DNA of 64,000 nt from Azolla caroliniana (lineage: Eukaryota; Plantae; Polypodiophyta), in NCBI GenBank assembly GCA_043228905.1, contig JBHGNT010000004.1:19964001-20028000 (forward strand), in the 5' to 3' direction. This document shows, piece by piece, positions 23,875 through 35,685 of the stretch (the stretch's first letter is position 1; each line of letters begins with the position of its first letter). The notes under the pieces were generated by a model. The model did not search any database. It had not been told where the DNA came from and saw nothing but the letters and a program-made list of their open reading frames with translations. Both the position numbers and the translations under genes were made by a program.

Positions 23875-26800
23875 TAGCTCAGATGATAAGCTTGCCCAAT
23901 GGAGACGAGGTGGTCTTGGGTTCAACCCCTACATTCCATAGTGGCATCTAGTGAAATAAGAGATATCTATGGTCTAATATAGAGGTGAAAAAATTGGGTT
24001 TTGAACCCGTGTTAATCATTCGGTAATTAAGTAAAGGTTAATTAGCATTTAATTATGTGAGTAGTTAATCACATATGTGATTAAGCAACGGAAGATTATG
24101 TGATGTGTGTGTGAGAAGAAGAGAGAGAGGAAGTTACACTTATGAACAATAAGATAAATGGGGGATGATTAACAAGAGTGTAGCTAAAGACCTTTCTCTA
24201 TATTAATAAGCATCAGGTTACAAAAATACCCACAATCAGGTACATATAGATCTCATGTGCAAGGGTGCACATGTCTAAGGAGAATATAGGTACAAGGATG
24301 TAAGTCCTATATTAAATGTACTTGGTAGTGAAGGATCTAGAATGTATCCATACTTAAGTACAAGTATAAAGTCCTATTTAAGGCTTTGAAGTCAACACTC
24401 TAATTAGATTCTATGTATGTAACTACTAAGTTACACATTTTACAAAAATAACTAAATCTAGTTGAGGTTGATATCTCAACACGCACCTCAAGCTCAAGTG
24501 TGAGGAGTCTAACATATGATTCGATTATTGGCACCAATCGGATTTGGATCGGTACCTCCCCCTAAAGCTTGCGACGAAGGGTGGTAAGTGGTCGAAGGCC
24601 GAGCGCCAGGGAAAACTGGTGGAGCTTGTCCGCTCCTAAGGCCTTGGTGAAGATATCAAATGTCTGTTGATTAGTACCAATGTGCTGAAGATCGATATCT
24701 CCGACAATGATGTGTGCTCGAACATAGTGGTAGTGTACCTCTATATGTTTTGTCCGAGCATGAAAGATTGGGTTTCGGGCTAGTTATATGCTACTTTGAT
24801 TATCATAGTAGATGTGTATGGATTTGTCAACCGATTCATTGAAATCCTTTAGCGACCACTTCAACCAAATGGCTTCGTAGGTGGCTTTGGCCGCGCCTCT
24901 ATACTCTGCTTCGGTGCTGGATAATGCATCTGTCGGTTGCTTCTTCCTACTCTAAGAGATCGTTCTGCTTCCAAGTGAGAATATGAAGACAGACCTTGAC
25001 CGTCGATCAGATACATTGTCGGCCCAATCGGCATCTGTGTATCCTTCTAGCCGAATTGTCGTTCTTGTCTTATAGAAGATTCCTTGATCCATGGTTCCAC
25101 TAACGTATTGTAAGAGTCGCTTAGCACAATGCAAATGTGTGTCGCACGGTGTTTTCATAAACTAGCTAAGGAGATCGACCAGATAGTTTAGGTTGGATCA
25201 AGCCGAATTGTCGCTCATGTCTTATAGAAGATTCCTTGATCCATGGTCCCACTAACGTATTGTAAGACTCTCTTAGCACAATGCAAATGTGTGTCGGACA
25301 ATGTTTTCATAAACTAGCTAAGGAGACTGACCAGATAGTTCCGGTTGGGTCAAGTGATAGTTAGATAGATGAGGCTCCCGATGATTTGTCGATACTGAGT
25401 TGACTCACATGGTGTTCCGAAGTTTGTGTGTAATTTTAGGTTGCGATCGAGGGGATTTGATATTGGCTTGTGGTTTGCCATACTGAACTTGAACAAAAGG
25501 TTCAAGATGTAGTGGTGTTGGGAGAGCATGATGTCGTCGCTAGTTCAGATGAGCTAGATGGCTAGGAAGTAACGAAGTTCATGCATGTCTTTCATCTTGA
25601 ACTTCTTGGAGAGGAGCATCTTGACCTTGTTGATGTCGGCTAGGTACTCTCCACCAATCACCAAGTCGTCAACATATATAATGATGAAGATCAAGCCACT
25701 TGAGTTGCTTCGAATAAACAACGAATTGTCGAACTTCGACATCCGAAAGTCGATTCGATGTAGAGACTATGTAATCTTTGAGTGCCAAGCCCAGGGCACT
25801 TGCTTGAGGCTGTAGAGTGGCTTCTTGAGTCGGCATACGACATTTGGATGTGACTTCAACTTGAAACCAGTTGGTTGGACCATGTAGACTTCCTCCTGTA
25901 GTTCACCTTGGAGAAATGCATTCTTCACATCCATTTGGTGAAGATGTCACCCTTTCGTTGTTGCAAGTATAAGGATCATCAGGAGTGTAGTCATTTTTGC
26001 CACTGGGGCAAAGGTTTCTTCATAGTCGATGTCGTGGCTTTGTATCGATTGATGGAGTTATCGACATTGTGCTTTATCTTGTATATCCATCGGCAACCGA
26101 TCGCTTTCTTCTGTGAAGGAGGTGCTACAAGATCCCAAGTCTTATTGTCGACCAGTGCTTGCATTTCTTTGTTCATGGTTTCGATCCATTCGGGATCACG
26201 AGTCACTTCCAGAAAACTTTTAGGCTCTTGTTCAGCTACTACCTTCATCATGAAGGCATAGTGGTATGCCATATACTCATTGTAGCCAAACCGAATGACT
26301 TCTCTTAAGATGGGCATCGAGGTTTTTCGTTTGCCAATATGAGTGCCTTTTTTACTCCGGGCATCCGCATAATGGGTACACCAAACTCATTGTCTACTGA
26401 ACCGAGTCGACATATCCGAATCACTTTCGTTGGGGTGGTTGACTTCATATTCGGGCATTTTACCTTTGCTTTTGTCCAATTTTGGATTTGGACACGACGT
26501 GATTTGGTCGCTTGAGGGCTCATGTGGTCCACTTAGCTCAGTTGAGCTCGGGCTGTCCTTTGGTAAAGAACTTGGCTGAATATCGTCATCCGAGTTTACT
26601 TCCAACTTTTCCTCAGTCGGTTCGGATGGAGCCGAATTAGGCTCATACCATGATGCCGACTCATAAAAAACGACGTCCCGATTCACCCGAACCCCTCAGG
26701 TTGAAGGGTTGAAGCACTTGTATCCCGTTTGCTCAGACGAGTATCCTACGAGGATGTATTTCTCCAACTTCGCGTCAAGCTTCTATCGTTTTTCGTTCGG

Positions 26801-29302
26801 GATGTGTACATACGCAATTCTTCTGAACACTTTGAGCTGTGAAAGGATCGACTTCCTTTCAACAAGGATCTTGTATGGAGTGAGCTCAAGCACTCCATTA
26901 ATGGTGCATTGATTCATGAGATAGATGGTTGTGGATGCCACTTCGGCCATACAAAAATTCGGCATGTGCTTCTCATGCAACATGGCCCATGCTACCTCAA
27001 GTATATGTTGATTCTTCCTTTCGGCTACTCCATTTTGTCGGGACGTGTTTCGGCACGAAAATTCTCTCCTTATTACCTCACCTTGGAGATAGGAGACAAA
27101 TTCATCAAAGAAATACTCCTCTCCATCCAATCGTGGGCATCAAATATGCCGACCGGTTTCTTTTTCGACTTAGCTCTTGACCTTTTGGAAGTATGAGAGC
27201 ACTTCACTCTTCTTCTTCATCGGGAAGATCCAAGTGTACCGAGAGTAATCGTCGATGAAGGTGACATAGTATCGGCATCCACTGATCGTCAGCGTTTGAG
27301 CCAGCCCCCATACATCTGAGTGGATTATGTCAAGGAGGCCTTTACTTACGTAGCTCTCTTTGGGAAAGGGAAGTCAATGTTGTTTGCTGAGTTGACACAC
27401 TTCACACACTCATTCAACTTGTTTCGACTCAAAGGCTGGAAGTTTGATGAAGATTCCCTTTTATTACATCGCTCAAATCCATTAGAGATTGATGTGGCCA
27501 ATTCTCTTGTGCCACAACTCGATATTTGTCTTAACCTTGAGACCTTTGGAAAACATGGCCGATTTCATCTTGTTCAATCGAGAATGAACATTCGACCTTC
27601 TTTTCTTCCTTTGGCTATGAGTCGGCCATTCTTTTCTATAAAGCATCCTTCGTCATTGAAATGGACTTGCATGCCTTGCTCCACGATTTGGCCTACGGAG
27701 ACCAAATTCTTCGTTATTGTAGGAGCATGCAAGACATTCTTGATGCAATTGTTTTGTCGTCTTTGCCGAATGGAACATTGCCGATGTGCCGAATGAGTTG
27801 TGTGGTGTCGTCTCTCGTCTCCACATAACTGGGTCGATCGAACGTATGCAAGTCGTTGAACCACTCCTCATGGGATGCCATGTAATTTGAGGCTCCAAAG
27901 TCAACGAACCATACTTCTTTTGATGTAGAGGTGTCGACATGGTGTTTGCTTTATGGCTCATGATGAACATGCCTCTATAGTCTTCAAATTTGGAGTTAGT
28001 GGCATAGTTGGTCACTTGTCGACTTGTAGAAGCCCACTCACTTCGCTTCTTTTGGCACTCCTCTTCACGATGGCCAATCTTGCCACAATAATTACAAGCA
28101 ATAGGCCTGATTTGCCGACCTTGTTCGACATGGAAGCTCCTCGTTCATCCAAAGGTTCCTCGAGTGTTTCCATTTTCTTGTTGAAGGTTTGTGTTACCTT
28201 CGTGATTCCAACCGGCGCGTTCTCCTCAGCCTTGGCCGAAATGACCTCTTCCACCTCAACCACGTCCTCGATTGCCGTTTGAATTCGGGAAGAACATTTG
28301 TCCTTCAGATGTCTTGCTCTTTGTTCTAACATGATTCTCTTCGACCAATAACATGGACTGAAGGTTGAAGAACGAAGGAGGGTTCTCCTCGCCAAGATTG
28401 TCATCCTTATTGGGTCGAATCGTTGTGCGAGGCCGCCCAAGCACACTTGCACCATCTCGTCTTCTTCGATGTTTATGTTAATGGAGATAAATGAATCACA
28501 GATGTTCTTGATCTTGCTTGTTGACATAGTCATTTCTTTTTGTCGAATGTTATTCAACTCTTGCCGGAATTGAAGCTTGTGGGCGGTCGTGTTGGTAGCG
28601 AAGATTCTTCTCAAATTAATCCATGCTTATTTAGGTGTCTTGGCATCACGAATGTGATAGAGCATGTGATCGTGGACACATGTTGCCAAACAATACATCA
28701 CCTAATTCACCCCTTGCTCCCATGTTAATGAATAGGGTGGGCTTAGTGGATATGTTAAACCACACGCTCTGATACAATGTTAATAATTAGGTAATTAAGT
28801 AAGTGTTAATAAGCGTCTACTTATGTGAGTAAATCACGTATGTGATTAAGCAGCGGAAGATTATGTTATTTGTGTATGAGAGGAAGTGAGAAAGGAAGTT
28901 ACACTTATGAACAACGAGATTAAATGGGGGATTATTAACAAGAGTGTAGCTAAAGACCTTTCTCTATATTAATAAGCATCAAGTTACAAAAATACCCACA
29001 ATGAGGTATATATAGATCTCATGTGCAAGGGTGCACATGTTTAAGGAGAATATAGGTACAAGGATGTAAGTTTTATATTAAATGTACTTGGTAGTGGAGG
29101 ATCTAGAATGTATCCATACTTAAGTACAAGTATAAAGTCTTATTTAAGGCTTTGAAGTCAACACTCTAATTAGATTCTATGTATGTAACTACTAAGTTAC
29201 ACATTTTACAAAAATAACTAAATCTAGTTGAGCTTGATATCTCAACACCAAGATGCAGTGCTAGTAGTGTAAATGACTTACCACTAGGGTAAGCTAATTA
29301 CG

Positions 29303-29346
<44 letters not shown>
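23871..29346 (+). mobile_element. tRNA-derived SINE, copy 1, split by a Copia insertion (23871-24009 and 29248-29306) with (GA)n tail
   Basis: A box TAGCTCAGATGAT, B box GGTTCAACCC; joined halves align with the uninterrupted copy at 44543-44754. Confidence 0.8.
24010..29247 (-). mobile_element. Decayed full-length Ty1/Copia element
   Basis: LTRs 24010-24481 and 28778-29247; decayed tRNA-iMet PBS (TTGTATCAGAGC on minus); gag, PR, INT (QNGVAERKN), RT (YVDD), RH (GYTDADWA) fragments; TSD not clear. Confidence 0.92.
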
Positions 29347-29349
<3 letters not shown>

Positions 29350-29722
29350 CGAAAATGATAATGATTAACTTGTACATGGTTAAATAATTCTAGTCAATGG
29401 AAAAAAATAGATACAAACACGACTCGGGGCTAGCTAGCAGCGAAACATTTGCCACAAATAAGCGTAGGCGAGCCTTAGGTCGGGAGCATTTGGGCTCGCA
29501 ACAACGAGTGGAGGCCTCACGCGACCGTCACAAAAATAGAAACTCCAAACCATGGGAAACAATAATCCCTCGACTTCAAAATATCCCCTAACGACGAGAG
29601 CGAACAACAGTTGCCAGTCGTCCCCTTTTATGGCTTCACAGGTGTTGGGAAACAGGTCCCTCCGGATGGGAAGAACAGTGCCGACGAACAAACTCGGCCA
29701 AGGCCAATAGGTCGAGGCCGAC

Positions 29723-29930
29723 CCGGTATGAACCGGATGAGGAGTACCCGACTGAGGAGAGTTGGATGGTGCAGACCCGGTATGAACCGGATGAGGAGTA
29801 CCCGACTGAGGAGAGTCGGATGGTGCAGGCCCGGTATGAACCGGATGAGGAGTACCCGACTGCGGAGAGTCGGATGGTGCAGGCCCGGTATGAACCGGAT
29901 GAGGAGTACCCGACTGCGGAGAGTCGGATG
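29723..29930 (+). repeat. 54-bp tandem repeat (~4 copies) in Copia U3; also at 34565-34772 and, inverted, at ~16210-16440
   Basis: Unit CCGGTATGAACCGGATGAGGAGTACCCGACTG(A/C)GGAGAGTCGGATGGTGCAGGC. Confidence 0.95.
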
Positions 29931-30415
29931 GAGCCCATCGAGGCTACATTTGTAAATAGCCGAAAAGTCATATTAGTATAAATATGACTTAGGGCAAACC
30001 TTTTGGATGTTGTTGTCATTCTTGTTGTTATTCTTTCTTGTTGGTGCAAGAAGAAATAAGAGCGCGTAATTGTACAGAGAGAGTGAGAGAGAAAGAGAGA
30101 GAGAGACGAGGTCGTTGCCTCTGTTGTAACCGCGCCGCCTGTGGTGAAGATCTGAGAACACGAGGTCGTTGCCTCAGTGATCTCACTGTTGTATACTTCT
30201 GCATAGTGACAGTTTGCAGCTCGTGGGCTGCCGTGGTTTTTCCCCCTATTTTGGGGTTTTCCACGTATACCTCCTGTGCACCATTTCTCCTCTTTTGTGT
30301 CGCGTTTCATTACCTGTTTTCTGTGTATGAAAAGAATCTCGGTTGTGGCCGAGCATCGGACATAAGGAACGTCGAGTTCTCTACAAGTGGTATCAGAGCG
30401 AAATCGACACAGAAA

Positions 30416-33400
30416 ATGGACGAATCGTTTGGCGGCATGTTCAAGCTCACCGGCTCCAACTATTCAGTGTGGAAGTCGAAGATGAGGGACATGCTCGTGG
30501 TTAAAGACCTCTGGCTGCCGGTTCAGTTCGGGGACAAGAGACCGGACAAAATCGACGCCGCGATATGGGAGGTGATGCACATGAAGACAACGGCGTACAT
30601 ACGGTGCTTCATCGACATGAGCCTGTACAACAACTTCAATGAAGAGAGTAAGGCTCATGAGCTCTGGGAGAAGATCGGCACAATGTTCCAGAACAAAAAT
30701 GCTGTCAATCAGGCGTCGGTATTCCGGAAGCTTGTAAGACTCCGGTACCAAGACGGCCACAGCATGGCGGAGCATATGAATGCCTTCCAGGGGCTGATTC
30801 ACCAGGCAACGTCATTGGAAGTACCTCTTGCCGATGAGGTCCTAGCGCTACTCCTGCTCGGTTCCCTCCCGGATAGCTGGGAGACGTTGGTTGTCACTTT
30901 GGGCAACGCCGGGCCGGAAGGAAAACGGCTATCCCTAGCAAGAGTAAAGTCGAGCTTGCTAGATGAGGAGGCTCGTCGGAAAGACAAAGATACGAGCTCC
31001 GACTCCAAAGCGCTCCTTACCGAATCGGAACGCGGAAGACATAGAAACCGTAGTCCCCAGAACCGGGAGAAGTCGGGGACACGATCAAAGTCAAGGGGGA
31101 GACCGACTTGCTTCTATTGCGGCAAGCCGGGACACTTCCAAAAGAACTGTCGGCATTTCTGTAAAGACAAGGAAACCGATGGTACCGATTCGAAGCAAAC
31201 CCCGAACCGGAACGGTACAGACCGGAACGGTAAAGACCGGAGGGGTCCGGACCGGAAGGGAACGACGGCAATTGCGGCAAGTGAAGAGGAGTTGATGCTC
31301 ATCACCGAGGAGAGTGAGATAAACCATGCCGGCGATGAGATGACCTGGGTGGTAGACTCCGGAGCGTCGTTCCACCTTACCCCGGACCGGAAATGCTTCT
31401 CATCCTACTCAGCCGGTGATCACGGCTGTGTCCGGATGGGGAATGAAGGAACATGCCGAATTGTCGGCATAGGAGACGTGTGGCTGACAACACCAACCGG
31501 ATGCAAGTTGCTGTTGAAAGATGTCCGACACGTTCCGGAAGTACGTCTGAACCTGATATCAGCCGATCGGCTAGATGATGAAGGCTACACGGGTAGCATC
31601 CGGAACGGTGTCATGAAGTTCAGCAAAGGGAGCCTGATTGTGGCTCGGGCCCGGAAGGTAAACACACTGTACCTGATGAATGCCCGATTATGTCCGGAAG
31701 AAGTGAACGTGGCTTCCGACACTGCCGGTGAGCTGTGGCACAAGAGGCTATGTCACATGAGTGAGAAGGGGATGAAGAGGCTTGGAGACGACAACCTCAT
31801 TCCAGTGAAGAACGTGCATTTAGAGAAGTGCACTGATTGTCTGGCCGGCAAGCAGAACCGGACCTCCTTCCGACCAAGGCCACCGATGAGACGTAATGCA
31901 CCACTGGAGCTGGTGCATACGGATGTGTGTCAAGTAGACACGAAGTCACATGCCGGAGCGCAGTACTTCGTGACGTTCATAGATGACCACAGCCGGAAGC
32001 TGTGGGCCACACCGCTGAAGACGAAGGATCAGGTGTTATCCGTCTTCAAAGAGCTCCACGCGAGAGTGGAAAGAGAAACCGGTCGGAAGCTGAAGGCGGT
32101 TCGAGCAGATAACAGAGGTGAGTACCGGGGGCAGTTCGGGGAGTACTGTCGCTCGAAGGGAATCCGGCTCGAATTTACCGTGCCGAAGACGCCGGAGCTA
32201 AACGGACTGGCCGAGAGGATGAACCGGACCATAATAGAGAGGGTCCGGAGTATGCTAGCGCATGCAAAACTACCCAAGGAGTTTTGGGCTGAGGCACTGT
32301 CGACGGCGACATATGTGATAAACAGATCACCCTCAGTACCCTTGGACGGAGACACGCCACAGAGAGTATGGACCGGTAAGGAAGTGTCCTACCGGCATCT
32401 AAGGGTGTTCGGGTGTCTCGCGTACGTGCATGTAGCAAAGGACCGGAGAGGAAAGCTAGATCCAAAGACCCGGCCATGCATATTCCTCGGTTACGGTGAC
32501 GACGAGTTCGGCTACCGAGTGTGGGACCCGGTCGACAAGAAGGTATTCCGGAGTCGAGATATTATCTTCATGGAGGACAAGACGCTCGCCGACTGGGAGT
32601 CGGAGAAGAAGATAGTGAACTCCGAGTCGACCGGTAAGGATAGACTCTACAATGAGCAGGCCCAACCGGCAAGAGACCGGTTAGCACTCGAGGAACCAGC
32701 CGGTTACGGTGAGGATACCGAACCGGCAGAAGAAGTAGAGGAAGCTGAGACCGGAACCGGTCAAGACCCCGAATCGGATTCAGATGAAGAGCAAATGGAG
32801 GAACCGATTACCGAAGCCCGAAGACGTAGATATCCTCTCAGAGAGAGAAGGGCACCCCGGAGATTTCCGGATGCAGAGCATGTCCTGCTAACCGATGAGG
32901 GGGAGCCGGAAAGCTTCGAAGAAGCGAAGGAAGACACCCACAGCAGAAAATGGTTAAGTGCCATGCAGGATGAGATGGATTCCCTGCATGAGAACCATAC
33001 GTACGAATTGGTGGAGCTGCCGAAAGGAAAGCGGGCACTCCGAAACAAGTGGGTATTCAAGTTGAAACCGGGAGATGCCGGCAACCCCCCGAGATACAAA
33101 GCCAGGATCGTGGTGAAGGGGTTCCAGCAGAAGAAGGGCGTGGACTTCGACGAAATATTCGCCCCGGTAGTAAAGATGACCTCCATCCGGACGGTGCTGA
33201 GTATAGCAGCAAACTTGGATCTCGAGGTAGAGCAGCTGGACGTGAAGACGGCATTCCTTCACGGCGACCTCAAAGAGGAGATCTACATGCAGCAACCGGA
33301 AGGATTTGTGGAGAAAGGGAAGGAGCACCTGGTATGCCAGTTGAAGAAGAGCCTGTACGGACTAAAGCAGGCTCCCCGGCAATGGTATCGGAAGTTCGAC

Positions 33401-34474
33401 TCCTTCATGACCGATCAAGGGTACCACAAGATGCAGGCCGATCACTGCGTGTTTGTGAAGAAGTTCGAAGGAGGGGACTTCCTGATACTCCTCCTGTACG
33501 TGGATGACATGTTGATCGTCGGACGAGACCAAGGAAAAATACGGATGCTGAAGAAGGCTCTCAACCGGACCTTCTCAATGAAGGACTTGGGTCCGGCAAG
33601 ACAGATGTTGGGGATGCACATCATTTGGGACCGGTCAGTGAAGCAACTATGGCTGTCACAGGAGAAGTATGTGACAAAGGTGCTCCACCGGTTCAACATG
33701 TCAGATGCAAAATCGGTCGGATCGACACTTCCGGCAAACTGCAAGTTGTCCGGCAAGCAAAGCCCGAAGACAAAGGGAGAGAAGGCAGATATGATGAAGA
33801 TTCCATATGCCTCTGCCGTCGGGAGCTTGATGTACGCCATGGTTTGTACCCGACCGGACATTGGATACGCAGTCGGAGTGGTGAGCCGGTTCATGAGTAA
33901 TCCCGGCAAGCAGCATTGGAACGCGGTCAAATGGATACTCCGGTATTTGAAGGGCACTTCAAATATGTGTCTCCGATTCGGCTCCGGAAAACCCCAACTG
34001 GACGGTTTCACCGATTCGGACATGTCGGCTGATGTGGATACCAGCCGGTCTACATCCGGGTATGTGATGACATATGTAGGGGGAGCTGTCTCATGGCAGT
34101 CGAGGCTGCAGAAGACGGTTGCATTGTCAACCACAGAGGCGGAGTACATGGCGGCTGTGGAAGCCGGCAAGGAAATATTATGGATGAAGGACTTCATCGG
34201 GGAGCTCGGTATCCGGCAAGAAGAATACCGACTCTACTGCGACAGTCAAAGTGCCATCCACCTTGCTAAGAATGCGGCCTACCATTCCCGGACAAAGCAT
34301 ATCCAGCGGAGGTATCACTGGATCCGGGAAAGGGTAGATGACCAGGAGTTCACATTGGCGAAGATCCACACGGCCGAGAACGGGTCAGATATGCTGACCA
34401 AAGTGCTGACACCCGACAAGCTGGACGCATGCCGGAAGAGGATCGGGCTGAGAAGACACCCCATGCCGGAGTGA
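30416..34474 (+). CDS. Copia gag-pol polyprotein (~1352 aa)
   Basis: First ATG after the PBS; gag CCHC (CFYCGKPGHFQKNC), PR (WVVDSGAS), INT (HTD..DN..AER), RT (YVDD), RH (FTDSD..TEAEY..CDSQ). Confidence 0.95.
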   Translation: MDESFGGMFKLTGSNYSVWKSKMRDMLVVKDLWLPVQFGDKRPDKIDAAIWEVMHMKTTAYIRCFIDMSLYNNFNEESKAHELWEKIGTMFQNKNAVNQASVFRKLVRLRYQDGHSMAEHMNAFQGLIHQATSLEVPLADEVLALLLLGSLPDSWETLVVTLGNAGPEGKRLSLARVKSSLLDEEARRKDKDTSSDSKALLTESERGRHRNRSPQNREKSGTRSKSRGRPTCFYCGKPGHFQKNCRHFCKDKETDGTDSKQTPNRNGTDRNGKDRRGPDRKGTTAIAASEEELMLITEESEINHAGDEMTWVVDSGASFHLTPDRKCFSSYSAGDHGCVRMGNEGTCRIVGIGDVWLTTPTGCKLLLKDVRHVPEVRLNLISADRLDDEGYTGSIRNGVMKFSKGSLIVARARKVNTLYLMNARLCPEEVNVASDTAGELWHKRLCHMSEKGMKRLGDDNLIPVKNVHLEKCTDCLAGKQNRTSFRPRPPMRRNAPLELVHTDVCQVDTKSHAGAQYFVTFIDDHSRKLWATPLKTKDQVLSVFKELHARVERETGRKLKAVRADNRGEYRGQFGEYCRSKGIRLEFTVPKTPELNGLAERMNRTIIERVRSMLAHAKLPKEFWAEALSTATYVINRSPSVPLDGDTPQRVWTGKEVSYRHLRVFGCLAYVHVAKDRRGKLDPKTRPCIFLGYGDDEFGYRVWDPVDKKVFRSRDIIFMEDKTLADWESEKKIVNSESTGKDRLYNEQAQPARDRLALEEPAGYGEDTEPAEEVEEAETGTGQDPESDSDEEQMEEPITEARRRRYPLRERRAPRRFPDAEHVLLTDEGEPESFEEAKEDTHSRKWLSAMQDEMDSLHENHTYELVELPKGKRALRNKWVFKLKPGDAGNPPRYKARIVVKGFQQKKGVDFDEIFAPVVKMTSIRTVLSIAANLDLEVEQLDVKTAFLHGDLKEEIYMQQPEGFVEKGKEHLVCQLKKSLYGLKQAPRQWYRKFDSFMTDQGYHKMQADHCVFVKKFEGGDFLILLLYVDDMLIVGRDQGKIRMLKKALNRTFSMKDLGPARQMLGMHIIWDRSVKQLWLSQEKYVTKVLHRFNMSDAKSVGSTLPANCKLSGKQSPKTKGEKADMMKIPYASAVGSLMYAMVCTRPDIGYAVGVVSRFMSNPGKQHWNAVKWILRYLKGTSNMCLRFGSGKPQLDGFTDSDMSADVDTSRSTSGYVMTYVGGAVSWQSRLQKTVALSTTEAEYMAAVEAGKEILWMKDFIGELGIRQEEYRLYCDSQSAIHLAKNAAYHSRTKHIQRRYHWIRERVDDQEFTLAKIHTAENGSDMLTKVLTPDKLDACRKRIGLRRHPMPE

Positions 34475-35685
34475 AGGGGGAGTTTGTTGGGAAACAGGTC
34501 CCTCCGGATGGGAAGAACAGTGCCGACGAACAAACTCGGCCAAGGCCGACAGGCCGAGGCCGACCCGGTATGAACCGGATGAGGAGTACCCGACTGAGGA
34601 GAGTCGGATGGTGCAGGCCCGGTATGAACCGGATGAGGAGTACCCGACTGAGGAGAGTCGGATGGTGCAGGCCCGGTATGAACCGGATGAGGAGTACCCG
34701 ACTGCGGAGAGTCGGATGGTGCAGGCCCGGTATGAACCGGATGAGGAGTACCCGACTGCGGAGAGTCGGATGGAGCCCATCGAGGCTACATTTGTAAATA
34801 GCCGAAAAGTCATATTAGTATAAATATGACTTAGGGCAAACCTTTTGGATGTTGTTGTCATTCTTGTTGTTATTCTTTCTTGTTGGTGCAAGAAGAAATA
34901 AGAGCGCGTAATTGTACAGAGAGAGTGAGAGAGAAAGAGAGAGAGAGACGAGGTCGTTGCCTCTGTTGTAACCGCCGCCTGTGGCGAAGATCTGAGAACA
35001 CGAGGTCGTTGCCTCAGTGATCTCACTGTTGTATACTTCTGCATAGTGACAGTTTGCAGCTCGTGGGCTGCCGTGGTTTTTCCCCCTATTTTGGGGTTTT
35101 CCACGTATACCTCCTGTGCACCATTTCTCCTCTTTTGTGTCGCGTTTCATTACCTGTTTTCTGTGTATGAAAAGAATCTCGGTTGTGGCCGAGCATCGGA
35201 CATAAGGAACGTCGAGTTCTCTACAACAGGGGGGGGGGGGAGGGATCAACGTTACAATGTGACAGTTATGAAAACCCCTTTTCTTGTCAGGGATATCTCT
35301 TCCACGATCTCCTCTTTGATTACCTCACCTACCCATCACGATCCTTTCCTACGTGCGACTTAAAGTACACAATAAATTCTACCTTTCATGTCCTATTTGC
35401 ACTTTCTATTTACACTTTGTTTTCCCGACTTTCCTAATGTGCATACGAACAAATCCCCTTTATGTGTGCACATGTGCACATGCCCAATTCTCCCACTTTT
35501 GGTAGATTTTCTTGCCATTGCCCAAAATCTTCACGACAATGCATGACGATCAAACGTGGGAACCCGAAGAAAATGTCATTAATGCCCTTGAATTTATATA
35601 AAAGTTTCATCTTCGATACCCCTATAAACCAAATCCTAGTTCATGCATTGTGACTCGTGGAACTCGTCATCTAAGGAGGGGATGA

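Larger units (their letters stand above)
29643..35225 (+). mobile_element. Young, structurally intact Ty1/Copia element (Tnt1/Tork-like)
   Basis: LTRs 29643-30385 and 34485-35225 differing by about 6 substitutions and a 2-bp indel by eye, perfect TSD ACAGG, PBS TGGTATCAGAGC 30388-30399, PPT GGAGTGAAGGGGGAG, uninterrupted polyprotein. Confidence 0.97.
18244..35538 (-). mobile_element. Large (~1.2 kb net) LTR-like insertion that splits the chromodomain and hosts several younger elements
   Basis: Starts TGTCACGG, ends TCACGACA; non-coding pieces 18244-18406, 18823-19198, 29347-29642 and 35231-35538 join after removing nested elements; flanks AAGC/ATGC; orientation tentative. Confidence 0.6.

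Noticed and set aside
23871-23945. tRNA gene
   Set aside because: Continues into a SINE body shared with 44543-44754; no intact cloverleaf.
25050-25352. ~152-bp tandem duplication in Copia RT/RH (also 32 bp at ~11244-11315 and ~82 bp at ~54041-54197)
   Set aside because: Ordinary local duplications in decayed or intronic sequence.
29723-29930. Regular repeats resembling a CRISPR array or repeat protein
   Set aside because: Head-to-tail 54-bp units with no unique spacers, inside eukaryotic LTRs.
30038-30415. N-terminal extension of the Copia ORF in the ORF track
   Set aside because: Runs through LTR and PBS from a non-ATG start; the likely real start is ATG 30416.
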